NCBI GenBank assembly: GCA_036172245.1
Contig: JAYWIR010000075.1
Span: 248,001 to 312,000 of the forward strand
Reading direction: 5' to 3'
Length of the DNA: 64,000 bases
From: Raillietiella orientalis
Lineage: Eukaryota
The notes beneath the pieces were generated by a model. The model worked only from the letters and a program-made list of their open reading frames with translations. It was not told where the DNA came from and made no database searches. Below, piece after piece: positions 50,075-62,892 of the stretch. The translations under genes were made by a program, and so were the position numbers. How positions within the stretch are numbered: position 1 is the first letter of the stretch; each line of letters opens with the position of its first letter.

Positions 50075-51829
50075 AAAACTCTTTCGACCCCTCCTCTGCT
50101 CTTAGGGCTGGCACAAGAGCAAAGAGGCTGCTCGGAAAGAAGGTGGTGGAAGACTTTGAGATCTGGAAAGAACCTGGAGACTCAAAGAAGCGCAAACAAG
50201 AGTCTAGGATTTCCTGTTTGACCGCTTCCAAGAGGGTCTTCCTTATTCAAAGTTGGAACGCAGGCAGACTTTGGGGGAAGCGGAAGCCACTGGAACAGCC
50301 GTGTGACTTCGTAGAAGACTGCCGAGATTTATGTCGTTGTTTTCTTTTCCATCACTTTCGCAGTCTCTTAAAGGAAACTGTGGGATGGGACAGGTCGAAA
50401 GCGCTTCTCACGGAGCGATAGCAACGGCATCCAAGGAACGGGAGGAAAATCCTGACGAAAGAAAGGGTGACTTACGACCCCAAATACAAATACGCGACGG
50501 TGCCTAATGGGCGAAGGCCGCTAGTGGAAGACTGCCTGAAGAGCGAATCGACGACCTCGCCCGCCCCCGAACCGAAAAATTCCAGCATTAAACAAACAAA
50601 GCGTGACCCGAACCTTGAAAGTCAAAAATGATTTGGGCTCTGCCCACTCCGCGACGGGCTGTCGGCTAGTCTTCGGTGGGCACCAAAAGCACGGAATTGC
50701 CTGGGCCTGCGTCGCTTTTCCTTGGAGGGAGAAACAGGGGGGGAGAGGGAAGCGAAAAGAGGAAACGCTCTGGATCTCCGGGTGTGTTATTTATTTCCTG
50801 CTGGGAGTCCGGCCGTGCGTGTCCGCGACTCGCCACTTAGGCGCGACCTGTTGACTCTTTTCCAGTCCCGCCGCCTTTTGTCCAAATATAAAAACATTAA
50901 TTAAAAGGCCGATCTGTAATTTTCGACGCGCCCGTGTCTTGTAATTGCGCACAACTGAACCACACTCGACAGAGAAACGGGTCCTTGGGCGTTTGAGCGA
51001 CGGTTCCCTTTTGTCACCATTAACAGGATGGGAGCGCGTCGCAGTCTGCTTGAAGAGTCGCGGCACGACAACAAGCTGGAATTTGTCGCTCAGGCAACCA
51101 GCCAGCTAAGCGACCATCTCCCGAACCGAGAGATTGTTTATTTAAGTGATCTTCGGGTACGCTGTTTGATCTGTTAATTGAGGAACGGTGCCGACTGCCG
51201 TTCTTTCCGCGCGGAGAGAGCAGCAGGTCCGCGCAGTAGTGTCGTTCCCTGGTGTCAACAACTGCGTGTTCCGGCGAGACGGTAGTGACAATGAATGGGA
51301 GAAAATGAATCCCTCTCTCCCTATGTATCTTCTGCTTGTTATGAAGTCGATCTGTTCCCTATAAGCACTCGTCGCGCAGATGAGAATACAGATCACCTCC
51401 AGTTATCTTGATTCGGTCTTCATCGCTTTGGAAACCACGGATTTCGCGAAGATTTTGCTCGGCCCCATCGGTTTGCTAGACCGGAGAACTCTTAAGGATT
51501 GGCTGACCAACGTTGAACTTCTTTGTGCTTCCAAGAGATGAGATGCGCGAGAGTGATGGCTTCTCTGGAGAACACCCACTTTGAGACTCTCCAAAGCAAC
51601 AGATAGCGCGTTATCTTGACGGAATATCTGCCGCCGCTTCAGAGGGTTCTCTGCGGCAGCAGACGCGGGAACCTGGGGAGCTGCCACCTCTGATCCCACA
51701 GGACAAGCGGCGATTCCTCTCAAGCCCGAAGAGTCGTCCAGACTTAGTAATTCCCTTTTCTCATCTGCATCAAAATTATTTTAACTGTCCACTGAGTGGA
51801 CGGAAGGATAGTGGATGGAATGGAGTCAA

Positions 51830-52105
51830 AAAGATCACGATCTTCCCCGTCCTCATCCCTATGCTCCGTCCATTTTGTTCTGTTCCGCAGAAGGTTGTGG
51901 AATCGCTTCCCAAGAACCTCCTTCCCAATCAGCCGCCTATGGCCCTTCTTGGACGTTTTCTTCGGCAGGAGAATGTTCCAAGCTGATGGTTTATCTTCAT
52001 ATCGCGGCCTTCCTGGATGTTCGAGGCAACCGTCAGGTGCCTCATCTCGTCGAGGTGTAATCCGGGGTCTCCAGCTCTCGGAACTAGGGAGCCAACTATT
52101 AGGGA
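51830..52105. repeat. Dispersed repeat (possible CR1/L2 3' end), inverted copy of 25240-25535
   Basis: Same blocks as above. The + strand reads RRLWNRFP, similar to the WNSLP motif at CR1/L2 RT C-termini. Confidence 0.65.
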
Positions 52106-55103
52106 TGTGGAAGTCACCTGAACATCCTTCGTTTCCCGGAAGACAGCAAAATCTTGGTACTTGGTCTCCGTTCTTTGTCAAGCACTTCCTCACGTCAGGG
52201 GTGCTACCGGAGGGACGAACAGAGTGCATGATGTCCTCCGACCTTCTCGCCCCATCTGTCTAGTGAAAATGCAGAGCAACCAGAGAAATAGACGGAGGGG
52301 TTTAAAAGTGAAACAGAATGTCTCGGGATCCCTCAAGATCCGCGCAAGTAGAGGTGACGAAGCAGAGAATATGCAAGATCTAATAGAGGACTCCACATCC
52401 ACCGATGTCTTGAGGTTGCTAGGAGATTTGCTCTCCCTCACCGCGCAAACGTAGGACCTCATGAATAAGCTAGCTGAATGCGGAGCGCTGAGCGTGTGGG
52501 CAGAGCCAAAATGTCCTTGGAGTGAAACCGAAATCTGTGGTTTCCTTCCGCACCACATTCCCATGGTTTTGCGTTGATCTTTTGCGCCGACAGAAAGTCA
52601 TAAAATTGGCATGTGGTACCACGATCGATAAGCGTACCCAATGGCGCCACGTCGCATTTCATGTCGAGATCCAGAGACACATGAATCATCACCATTAGAT
52701 GGACCAGCTGATCTTGCCCAACTTTTAGCTAAGCATTTAGCTTCTTGTGGATCAGTGTGCATAATGCAGAAGATGGAATACCCTCATGAGGAGAATGAAG
52801 ACTGTCATGAAGACTGCACTTGTCCTCGTTGCCGTGACCACACCAAGAGGGCAGTTCGGGGGCTGCGTTTCCAACTTGCTTGTTTATTGTTTCCAAATAA
52901 ACGCATCGGAGTCTCCGAGTGAAAAGCTGAGAATGTTGGTGTCTTAGAACTAGGACAGACCACTTTCCCATGTCCTTATTAACACGGTATTATAAACTAT
53001 GGGTCCTTTCTCGGTCTGACATATCCAATTGTCTTTCCACTGGTACTGCTGCGAACATCGGGCACCGTGGCTGCTGAGGCACATAGATAAAAGAGTGTCA
53101 ATGTGACCACTATAGCCTCCGGAGAAGAGGCCTCTCCTCCAAACTCAGTCCTAACTGTTGTTGGGCTAAATCCATTGGTCACGCTAACAAAAATCCAAAG
53201 AGAAGCCACCGTATCGTAGGCGCAATGGGATCGGGTGAAGATTGAAACGCACAAGCAGTCTACTCAGTTTTGGTCCCTTGTGTGCCATGAGTGAGTGCGC
53301 AAGTGATTGCAAAAACACATGATGTTGCTCAGCAACTTAAAAACCGCATAATCCTCTCGGACAGGGAGACGCGATGAGACCTTTTCGAAAACTTGGAGGT
53401 TTGATCCAGCCGGAGCTTCCCATTCCAAAACCACGAGGGTAAGCTTGGTACAGAAATGAGCAGCAGCTGAATGCGTGCTCATTCAGTAGTACACGCAACT
53501 CACTGATGCTTGGGGAAAAAATATCTGCGAGCAAGAGATGAAGAGATCCTACCTTCTCCATTCATGGATACACGGATCAGGCTCTCTTGAAGCTTCCTTC
53601 TCTTGAAACCCTGAAGAAAGCCAACTCCCCTTCATTCAGCTTCAGTGGATGTTCGATTCCGATGTTCAATTTCGATTCTCTGATGCTCTCGTTTTTTTTT
53701 CGTTTTTCCGATCCCTGACCAAACTTTGTTCCTTTGACCATCAAAACTGTTGTCGGCCTTCTCCATAAATCAGTTCTTTCTACCCTGATTTTCCTATTGC
53801 GGACTCCATCTCCGGTTCTACATTCTTCATCTCTGAAGGTTTCCGTGTACTTCCTGTGATGGTTGGCCTAATTTCAATTTTTTTTGCTTTCCTTTTTTCT
53901 ACCACTGCTCCCCTACTGGCAAGGCACGCCACAAATCGCGGTCTGGCAACCCCGGATGAAGACGAGACGCTGCTCGGTCTGCGGCTCGCTTTTCCTGCTT
54001 CCTCCAGGTCCAGTCAGATCGACTCCACGTTGCCAGCGGTCTCGTCTGTCGTTCTTGGCAGGCACTGCCGCTCCTGAAAGGGCTCCTCTCTCCCTTGACT
54101 ACTGCTTGTGCACGTTGCTTGGGAAGCTCCGCCTGACTGGTAGCAGCAATAAGGCCCGGTCCTATGTTCCTTTTCTTCTTGGCGAGTTCTGGATGTTTGG
54201 CCTCTCCCTCTACCCCTCTGGACGAACTCTCCTTTCTGCCTCTAGGAAAAAGCTTGCGAGTCAAGGATGGAAATTTCACGAACTCCCTGTATTTTGGCTT
54301 CTATCCTCATTCTCTTCTCCGTGTAGAGACGCATCCCCCGTACCTGTCTCGCTGAGCCTGCAGAATCAGGGTGTGCAGACACCTCCCTTTCCTGAAACCT
54401 GAACACCTATTCTCAACTATCGCTCTGTGTTGTTTCAGAAGCTTCCAGACGAGAAGACGAAAGAGCATGAGGGTCTCGGAACCGCACGTTCGGACATCTT
54501 AGCTGGCATTCCTGTCTGTCCCAGAACTATTCTCAAGACCTCCCGGAAAGATCCTCTGAAGGTTTCTCTTCACGTCCTTCTCCCCATGGTCAGCTCATCA
54601 TGCAAACCGTGAGGACTCCTCTTCCCAGACTTCCTCTCTCTCCCCCCTTCCGTCTGGAATCATTGGGTAGCGTCGCTTCTTCCCGAGCCTTCGTGGAACG
54701 GGTCTGCTCCACAATTCCGAACATCGTCGAAACCCCTAACGATCAAAATATCATACACGGAGATGAACATGTGTGCTTATCCTACCAAATATCATACACG
54801 GATTTATTTTAATATGTATAGTTATTCGTATTTATCAACGTACATATTATTAACAGAACTATCATTGGAACAGATGTAGTTAATATTCATTGATAGATAT
54901 TTTATCAATATAATTAATAACTTATTGACTATATCGTTGATATATATATAAAATACTATAAAAACAAATATATTTCTCGGAGGCGACTGCTATGATGGAT
55001 CGATGAGGCAACACTGCTTCCTCATGTTTAAGACGAAAAGCATCGGACTAAGGGCACTACTTAAAGAGCACTCCTTTCCATTGCCTTACCAAATGACTTT
55101 CGA

Positions 55104-57550
55104 TTATTCCCCGTTGATGTGTACTTGAGGATAGCTCTCCTCAAGACCCATCTTCCCTTTTTCTCGGGACTGGCTTGGGACGCCCACTTTTCCCATAATC
55201 CTGAAGAGCTGTTCATGATCCACCGTGTCCGACTCTTTCTCCATATCTGTGAAGCTTAGCACCAAGTCGTCGCCGGCGTATCCCGTTGTGACCGATGACT
55301 TCTTGGAGACCGCATTGTCAGCCATGCGATAGCCGGGCACTGCTCGTGTCTACGCTGGAGAGGTCACTGCCAGCGCGATTCTTTGCAAGCGGTTGGCATA
55401 GAGCTTTGACAGCCACTTTTCTTCCGTGTCGAGAATGGAGCTGACTCCCACGGGGTGACCTGACTCAGATGGCCTCGTCTCGACAGCAATCTTATCTTGC
55501 TCTGGTGAAAACAAAGATAGAAGTCATATTTCTTTTCAAATCTTCTGTGCCAGTCCCTGGGACAAGATAACGCCGATAGTGTGAAATGGATGCACGACAG
55601 GGTAATCTGCCACATCCTTCCGTGGCCCAGAGAGAGCGCTCTTGATTTCCTGGATGATTAATTCTTCAATCATTCCGTCTTCTCCCGCTCGCGCACCTTC
55701 TTACGAAGATCCTGCAGGATACTTTGTTCCGTCCTGAATAGCGACTTTAGCCTTAATCGATCAGTATAAAGGTGCGCAAGAACTGCCGGGATCTCCTCCG
55801 TCCTGTGCCTAGTCTGACTGGATACAGAAGGTGCCAAAGGTGTCCTTTTCTTCTCCAGAGCTCTCCCTGAATCTTTGGAACGTGTGTCCTCTCTCGTGCC
55901 GGTGCACTTCGAGTAGAAGCGGTCTTAGATGTTGACCTCCAGGTACACTTCTTTTCTCATGTTCCTTTTGCAGTACTGTAGGCTGAGTAGCTGGTGGATA
56001 GTGTGCTTCACTTGGTCCCGGGGTCATCGGCACTGCAGATGGTGGTGTTTCGCACTATGATGTCGATAACCTACTGATGACACGAGGTCCCTTATTCTGT
56101 CTACCGGCGCGGACCATACGCATCCACTAGAAAAAGGTGAACGCTTCCGTGCCGAGACATCCTCCTTCCAATCATGCGGTCTTGCAATGTCACACATGTT
56201 GCCTTACTTCTAGAGTGGTGTGCGATGGATCGTTTCTCACGGCGATTGCCACTCCTTCCAAGTTTCGGCTGCTGCCGCTAACGAGCAGTCGGGAGTCCAG
56301 TGGAGGAAGGGTTGGAGCCTCCGGTAGGATCTTCTGGAGTATACTGTAGGTTCTCTAGAGGCAGACGATGTACCATGCTGGAGAGCCTACACGATACGCC
56401 TCCGCCTCTCCTGCTGAGTATCCCGCTGATGCTCCAGGAGGCAATGTTCGCACTCTCAGTCGGCTACAGGAACGATACCATCGTGTTCATTTCGCGCTTC
56501 CTCGAGAGGTTCTTCCATGAAATTTAACGGAAGTCGGCTTTGTTCCACTTCTATTTCGCTCTCGGATTCTGCACAGTCCGTGTTTCTTTTCCTTCTTATG
56601 CTTGGCGGATTCTCCTTATTGCACCTTCCACTCTGATGCGCCGCGTGTCATTTGGCCACGTTCCGCAGCACCCCCTTCAGCGGTTCAGCCGATGGAACAA
56701 GGATGCTTCCTTGCTCCGCCGTGGTGATGACTGTCTGTTCGTATGGCTTGGACTTGAGCCTCTTCCTCTGCCGTTGAGCAGCCATCCGGTTGAGCTTGCA
56801 CCATCGCCAATGCTGGCTCCTTTTGGACTTTTTCCCTTTCCGCCTTGTCAGCTCAGAGATCGTTGAGTCCTCTGGGAAATGCCCCTTCACTCCTGAGTCG
56901 ATTTCGGCCTTTGCTTTTTTGGGAGCTCCGACCATCCTCGTCGCTGATCTTACTGCTCGCGCTCTCTGCGGTCGCGCCTCTTATGTCGTTAGCTCGCACA
57001 CGTAGCGCTCTGCGGCGCGCCGCGAGTGCCCTCAGTGGCCGCAGCATGGAACTTTCGGGAAAGCTGCGGCGGGATATCCGAGCTTTTTGGAACGATGGCA
57101 GGCTGCTGCTGCTGGTAGCGTGTGATCACTTCCCAGGAGTGTTGACCACACTCGGAATGTCCACTTTCCCATCCAGCTTGATTATGAGGATCCCTTGGCC
57201 GGGTACCTTTGCCATCAGGCTGCTGGACTGCGCGTCCTTCGCTTCCCCATACTTAGAGAAATGCCTCTGGAGTGCCAGTTGGCTTGTTTGGGGATTCGCG
57301 CCCGACAGGCACGCGGTCCGTGGTAGCGATTTCCTCGATACCGTGCAGAATCCTCACGTTGAAATTCATGCCTTCTGCAATGAGATCCTCTGCGAGTTGT
57401 TCACGGTCCGCGTAGGGTGCGAGCCCTCCGCTGCGCGCACAACTTCCTGGATCTAATTGAAGCTCACGTTCTTTTTGTACAGATAAATACCTCGCTCTGC
57501 TGCAGGTTTTATCGGTCTTCGGTGTGTGCACTTTCAGGGTGAGCTGGATT
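55104..57550 (-). mobile_element. Degraded Tx1/L1-clade non-LTR retrotransposon (ORF1, APE, RT to domain ~4)
   Basis: ORF1: FSKYGEA...GILIIKLDG..IPSVV, ACHRSKKLGYPAAAFPK (decayed CCHC). APE: NIASWSISG (56451-56420), IVCL*, GVAIAV, FLVDAYGP. RT: SILDTEEKWLSKLYANRLQ...AVPGYRMADN...LVLSFTDMEKESDTVDHEQLFRIMGKVG...QVHINGE. Confidence 0.75.
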
Positions 57551-58499
57551 CACGGTTCGTCTTTTCTGGAGACGGCGAGTACCGTTTTGCCCCTTTCCGC
57601 CATTGTATGCGACGAGATGCTGAAGATGCCGCCAGCGACGCCATCTTACGTGGCGTAGGATGCTACTGCTACCGCCGTGGTGGAGTGTGCGTTTTACCTT
57701 GGCAGCCCGTGGAGGGACCATTCGCAGTCAAGTCCGAGTGTTCGGAACTGTCGTGCACTGTCACTGAAGGGCACTGGGCACTGGGAACCCTCCATCGCCT
57801 ACCCTCCATGGAGCTTGCTGATACACCTCTCGAGGGTTGTTTCTCCAGAGTGTGAGAAACGCGCTACTCCCGTCGGTGAGCACCCTTCAGAGGAAAAGTA
57901 AAGTGGTAAGTGTCTTTTTGGGGTTCTCTTCAGAGGAGTAAACAAGGAAAGGATCCTTTCCGGGTTTCGTCCTGAGAAGAAATGAGGAGCGGCCTCCATA
58001 AAGTCACTGAATATAACTGTCCTTGGTACAGGTGTTCGCATGAATGTAGTCCCCCAGCTTCCGAATCACAGGCGCAACCTCAGCGTGAGCTTCCGATCAT
58101 GGACACACTTTCCCCAAACAGACAAGAGGTGGGACGAACCTCGAGCAGATCACAGCTTCAAAAGGAAACACATATGTGCTGGCATAGAGGAAGTCTTCTT
58201 GCTCTCTTTGTTCAACGTGGAACGTTCTGGACAAACCTCACCGCTTCCCCTCCGGTCGAAAGTATTCGTGGAGAATCCAGGCTATAAGCTCGCACGCCTG
58301 CTCATTAGGAAGCGCGAGACCGTATCTCTGTTCGGCACGTGCTTTTTGGCTTCAGGCACTTCCGTGCAGATGTTGGTGCTTTACTCACTCCGACCTCGTC
58401 CGAATCCGTGCCCCAGACACCCGCTTTTCGATACTTTCAGTGCTTCTATCCGTGGTCCTCTCGTCAACCCGGGGACTTGGTGGTCCCGTCGGCTGATCT

Positions 58500-59900
58500 C
58501 TGCCGCCGCCAGCTGACTCGGTCGTGGTTGTTTGGTTTTTCTCCTGAGTCCTTCCTTGCTTTTTGTGGATCAATGGCACTGGTGAGTCTTGCCGGTCTGG
58601 TCTTGCAGACCGAGTCTTGCAGTCATCTACTTCTCTGGCAATGTTCCTCGCGACTGCAAAAAGCAGGCTGTATTCCCGGAGCAGGATTTCTTCTGGTTGC
58701 ATCACGGCATCTCTGTTCGGTATCCTGCAGTTCTTTAGGCGATGTGTTCCATGCATCTGTGTCTATACTGCTTCAACACTTTCTGGTTGTATTTCTTTGG
58801 GAGACTTGTTCAAATTTCAAAGTTCTATTTCTGCAGGTCCCTTTATGCCTCCGTGAGTTCCTCGCCCGTGGTCAGGCTCGCCGCCATTATTGATTCGTTC
58901 TTCACCTGGTTTGCTGTCTACCCATGGAGTACTTTTACGGGTTTGTGTTGGCGCTTGGAGTTGAAGCCACTGTGCGTACTTCTGGCGTCCCTCCTCTTGT
59001 GCCCAGTCAGTCTGAAGAAGTAGCACTACTTTTCCCGCTGGGTGCTCACAAACTGCAAAAGACCTCATTAGCCACACTTGAAGAAACTTTCCCTTTTTGT
59101 TGTAAACGAAATATTCTATTTAACTACTCTGACCTAGGTCAGGCTGCTATCCCGTGACTAAACTGCTTGTGGACCTTGCGAAACGTTGATTGTTGCCTTT
59201 ATTTTATAGTCATTTCCTGGGAGTGTACGTCGGTCTTGAAGACTCCCGGAACGACTGAGTGCTCGTTTTATCTTCCCAATCCCTTCTCTGGAGAAAATGC
59301 TGCCTGTCAGACTCCTAAACTCGAGATGTCTCATTTCCTCTTACTCGACATTTTTCTTCTTGTATCGGGCAAAGTACCTGTAGATCGTCCCTCCGGCTAG
59401 TTTGGAAACGGAACGCCTAGCAAAAAACTGTCACTGTTTTCCCGATGCTGCACATAGTGCGCTCATTGAGATTGATGCCCTCTTCAATTAAGACTTCCGC
59501 TAGCTGTTTACAGTCTGTGTAGATCGTGAACCCTCTGCTATGCGTTCTTCTTAGTGTAAGATAAATGTCCCACATTTGATGTCGTCCTCATTGTCCCCAT
59601 TTTGAAGGTCACTGGCTTAACTTCCGGACTCACTTTCAAGACAGGTTTGTCAGGATCTTCGATCTTCAATATGGCGGGCTTCACGGGCTGCAATCTTTGC
59701 ATTGTTCATGGCCCCTGCCGTATTTCCAGGCTCTTCTGATGCGTATGGAGTTGTCTCCACGGCCTGCGCCACCACCGTTTCGTGGAATGCTCTGCCGTTG
59801 CCGTCTTGGCATGCGCGACTGGCTTCTTTCCTGACTGCGACGGACTCGCCTCCATATTGAAGCAGTCAAACAACGCCGAGCTCGGATGTTCCATTTTGTG
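58500..59900 (-). mobile_element. Gypsy-like LTR retrotransposon pol remnant (RNase H / integrase zinc finger)
   Basis: GKKPVAHA, KPAILKIEDPDKP, GFTIYTDCKQL (RNase H-like); LLREYSLLFAVARNIAREVDDCKT (integrase zinc-binding-like). Confidence 0.45.
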
Positions 59901-60859
59901 ACGCTATCAAGTTGCGTATAAGAAGAAAAAAACACACACCAAAGGCTGAGTGTTATCTGCTCTTCCAGAATGTTAACGTTGAGGGACGGGATCCCGGTGG
60001 CGACGCTATCTACGACCACTGTTTGTGGAGTCTGTCTGGTTTGGCTTAACTGAGGAAAGAGCTGGATTCGAAAGCTTGACAATGGGGTCCATTGAACGTG
60101 AGGACCTACAGAATAGTGATTTGATTTTTTTTACGTCCTCTTCCTTAGCCGGCCCTCTCGAGTCTTGCCATTTCATTTCAAAATGTGTGGATCTCGGCAA
60201 TCCGGTGGCGACCATCGAAAGGCACGTAAATGGCACAAATGATCGATCCTACATGGATAGCCCACAAATGCAGGAAGAGTGGATCCGTGGTGACTGAGAG
60301 ACAACATGCCGCTCGTGTCTGTTACTCGAATCGACTAAATCCAGCAACTGTTGCAATAACCTTCAGAGGCTGAATGGGACGTGTACATCCGAGAGAGGGA
60401 ATGCAATTTGCAACGAGGAAGTCGTTGCTACATCGCATTTGGTGCCATGGTCGCTCGAGGACATTCTCTGCATCCTTTCCAGGATGCCAGCAAGTTCCTG
60501 TTTTATGGCTCCCAGATGAGACCATCGTGGCGCTGTCCTCATGAAGAGGACAGCAGAATAGATGGCGTCCCTGTTGTTATGGCCTCCTTAGGCATTCCTC
60601 CACGCAGCCACGATCCTGCCGCGCAGGCAGCAGAATGCCGCTGGAGATGCGGCCAGCGTGAGGGCGTTGCGCAGGAAGAGGAGTTTTACAGTGTCTCTGG
60701 CGTTGTTGCCGGGGGTTTCAAGGGTCATGGCCAAGCGTCCCCAAAGGGACCGGAGGGCAACACACAACACACTCCACACTACCAGGAGGATCGGGAAGGA
60801 CTCCTTCTCCCGCACCTTGCACAGTTTGGGTTCACACACACATGTGTCCACAGATGCCG

Positions 60860-61547
60860 GCGTTGCACTGGTGGAGACCGGATGTCCCCGTTGACTCGCG
60901 GGGGTTGGAAGTTGACCCTCCAGGATCCTTCCAGGAATCAAGAAGTCGGTTCTCTTCAGGGTTCCTCTCCAGTTGTGCAAATAGAGAGCCCCCCCTCCCT
61001 CGGCTACATCTCTTCCATCTCATACCATGGAGTTGGCGGATCGGTTCCTCTCCAGAGTCTAAGAAGCACACTGCTTCCTTAGGGGAGCGGTCCTTCAGAG
61101 AAATCTGGAAGCGTCCCTATGGGGTTCTCTTCAGAGGAGTAACAAAGAGCGTATTCTTTCCGAGTTTGCTTCGGAGCAGAAATGAGGGGCGCCCCCTTCC
61201 GTGGAGTCCCTTCGGAGAGAATAAAGAAGAGGCTCACTTCGGGGTTCCCTCCCAAGAGTAAAAGAGGAACAGACTCCTTCCTCCGGAGTCTTCCTGGATT
61301 CATAGGTCCTTCTTGAGTTACCCCCCCTAACTTGAAGAGCTACAGGCACCCTCGGGTGGCATGGACAAGTATTAAAGAGCTTTTTGAGCCATCCCTAAGG
61401 TGGCGAACGATTCTTCAGTACTCCTTGAGAATCAAGGAGTACTTAGGAATAGCAAAATGCAGAAAAGAAACCAAAAGGACTTCCATCACCCTAGACCAAT
61501 AGTAATGATCTCCCAGTGAGATTGCTACTGGCTTTAAAAAAAAAAAA
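60860..61547 (+). mobile_element. SINE-like / LINE 3'-end family, copy 3, with hairpin and poly(A)
   Basis: Ends ccctagaccaat-agtaatgatctc-ccagt-gagattgctact-ggcttt-A12 (61536-61547). Internally repeated ggggttc(t/c)ctt/cc modules. A further fragment lies at ~57880-57990. Confidence 0.8.
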
Positions 61548-62892
61548 GTCATTATATATATATATCAGTAAACAGTATATATAACGACGACAAGTTCTGC
61601 CTTCACAGTGCTATCACAGATCCAGGTACTTCGGTATGAGTCCATGAGGCGTTCCTGTTTCTGAGACAGACTGACCAGCGAGCTCCGCATGAAGAAAAAG
61701 AGCCAAAAGAAAAAAAAAGGAAGAAAGAACAAAAAATGTCATCAAAAACCATGGGGTTAATAAGGGAAGAGATTACAGTCTGGCGTCTTCAGCATCCTCT
61801 CCAGGATGCAAGCAATTTTCTTCTTGTAAGACCTCAGGTGCGACCGTCGCGTCGTGATCCTTAGAAAAGAGGACACGATACTGATGGCGTTTCTGTTGGG
61901 CTGGCCCCTTCCTGCACGGCTCCGCGCCTCCACAAATTCGCGGAGGCAGCACAGATCTGCCATCGCGGCTGCAGGCGTCATGAAGAGGCTTCTCTACTCG
62001 TCATTCGGATTTTCCTTCATGGGGAGTTTACGGCCGCAAGAAACGTTTCCGTACACTCCGAAGGGCAACACACACTCAAACAAACAAGTGCGGGAAGGTT
62101 TCGGTACCACCGCATCTGACACAGTTCGAGAACATATCTCCCCTGGTCCAGAGATTCTATGTGCAGGAAAACTCCGTCGAAAGACCACATATTGTCGAGA
62201 CAGGCCCGAGAAAGGGGCAAGTACCGGAATTCGATAACGATATCATGTCCATGGGATCGCAGAGAGGACCTTTATGCTGCTTCAACATATCATGGAGTTA
62301 AGACTTTCATGGAGAGGTCCTCGGTCCCGATTGCCCAAGGCTCCTTCAAGAAAAGAGGGAAGAAAAGACACCTAGATCCCTCTCTCCCTACGAGTGCGAT
62401 CCGCTTGATAGCAAATCTCTGGAGCCACGGAGGAAACTCGTAGAACTAATGCCGGGAACCGCCTCTTCGCGCCGATTGCGAACTGCTGTTGGGAATGTCT
62501 ACGGTTCAATCTGCAACTACGCAAAAAGGCGAGCCGTGGTAGAAACCCTGCGCTAACCCCTGACCTCGCCCTCCACCAAGGAGCGCACTGGATTTCCACG
62601 GAGGAGGGGGAGGTGAGAATCAAAGCACATACCCAGACGTCCAGGCTGCACTGGTAGCCTTGTGGATCCTCGTACGCGCGCGATTTTTGCGCACGCGCAA
62701 CTCGCGAATGCGATGTGCAATGTTCCGTTTCGACGCCGGCAGTCGACTGTGCGTGAAACTTTGAGGCGCTCGGTCGGTTTAGGGGAGCGTGGCGTCGCTG
62801 CTACCTCGCAACCATGAAGTTTTTTTCACCTGCTCAATCCGGGACATTTACTTAACAGAAAAAAATAAATAAATCTCTCTTCTCTTCAGGTT

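Noticed and set aside
52200..54700. Possible CR1-like element on the minus strand
   Set aside because: Only faint motif echoes (HTRDQN*VD, GHFGSAHTL), not supportable by eye.
60381..61082. 233-aa plus-strand ORF
   Set aside because: Runs across an antisense Tx1-like fragment and the SINE-like repeat. Chance ORF.
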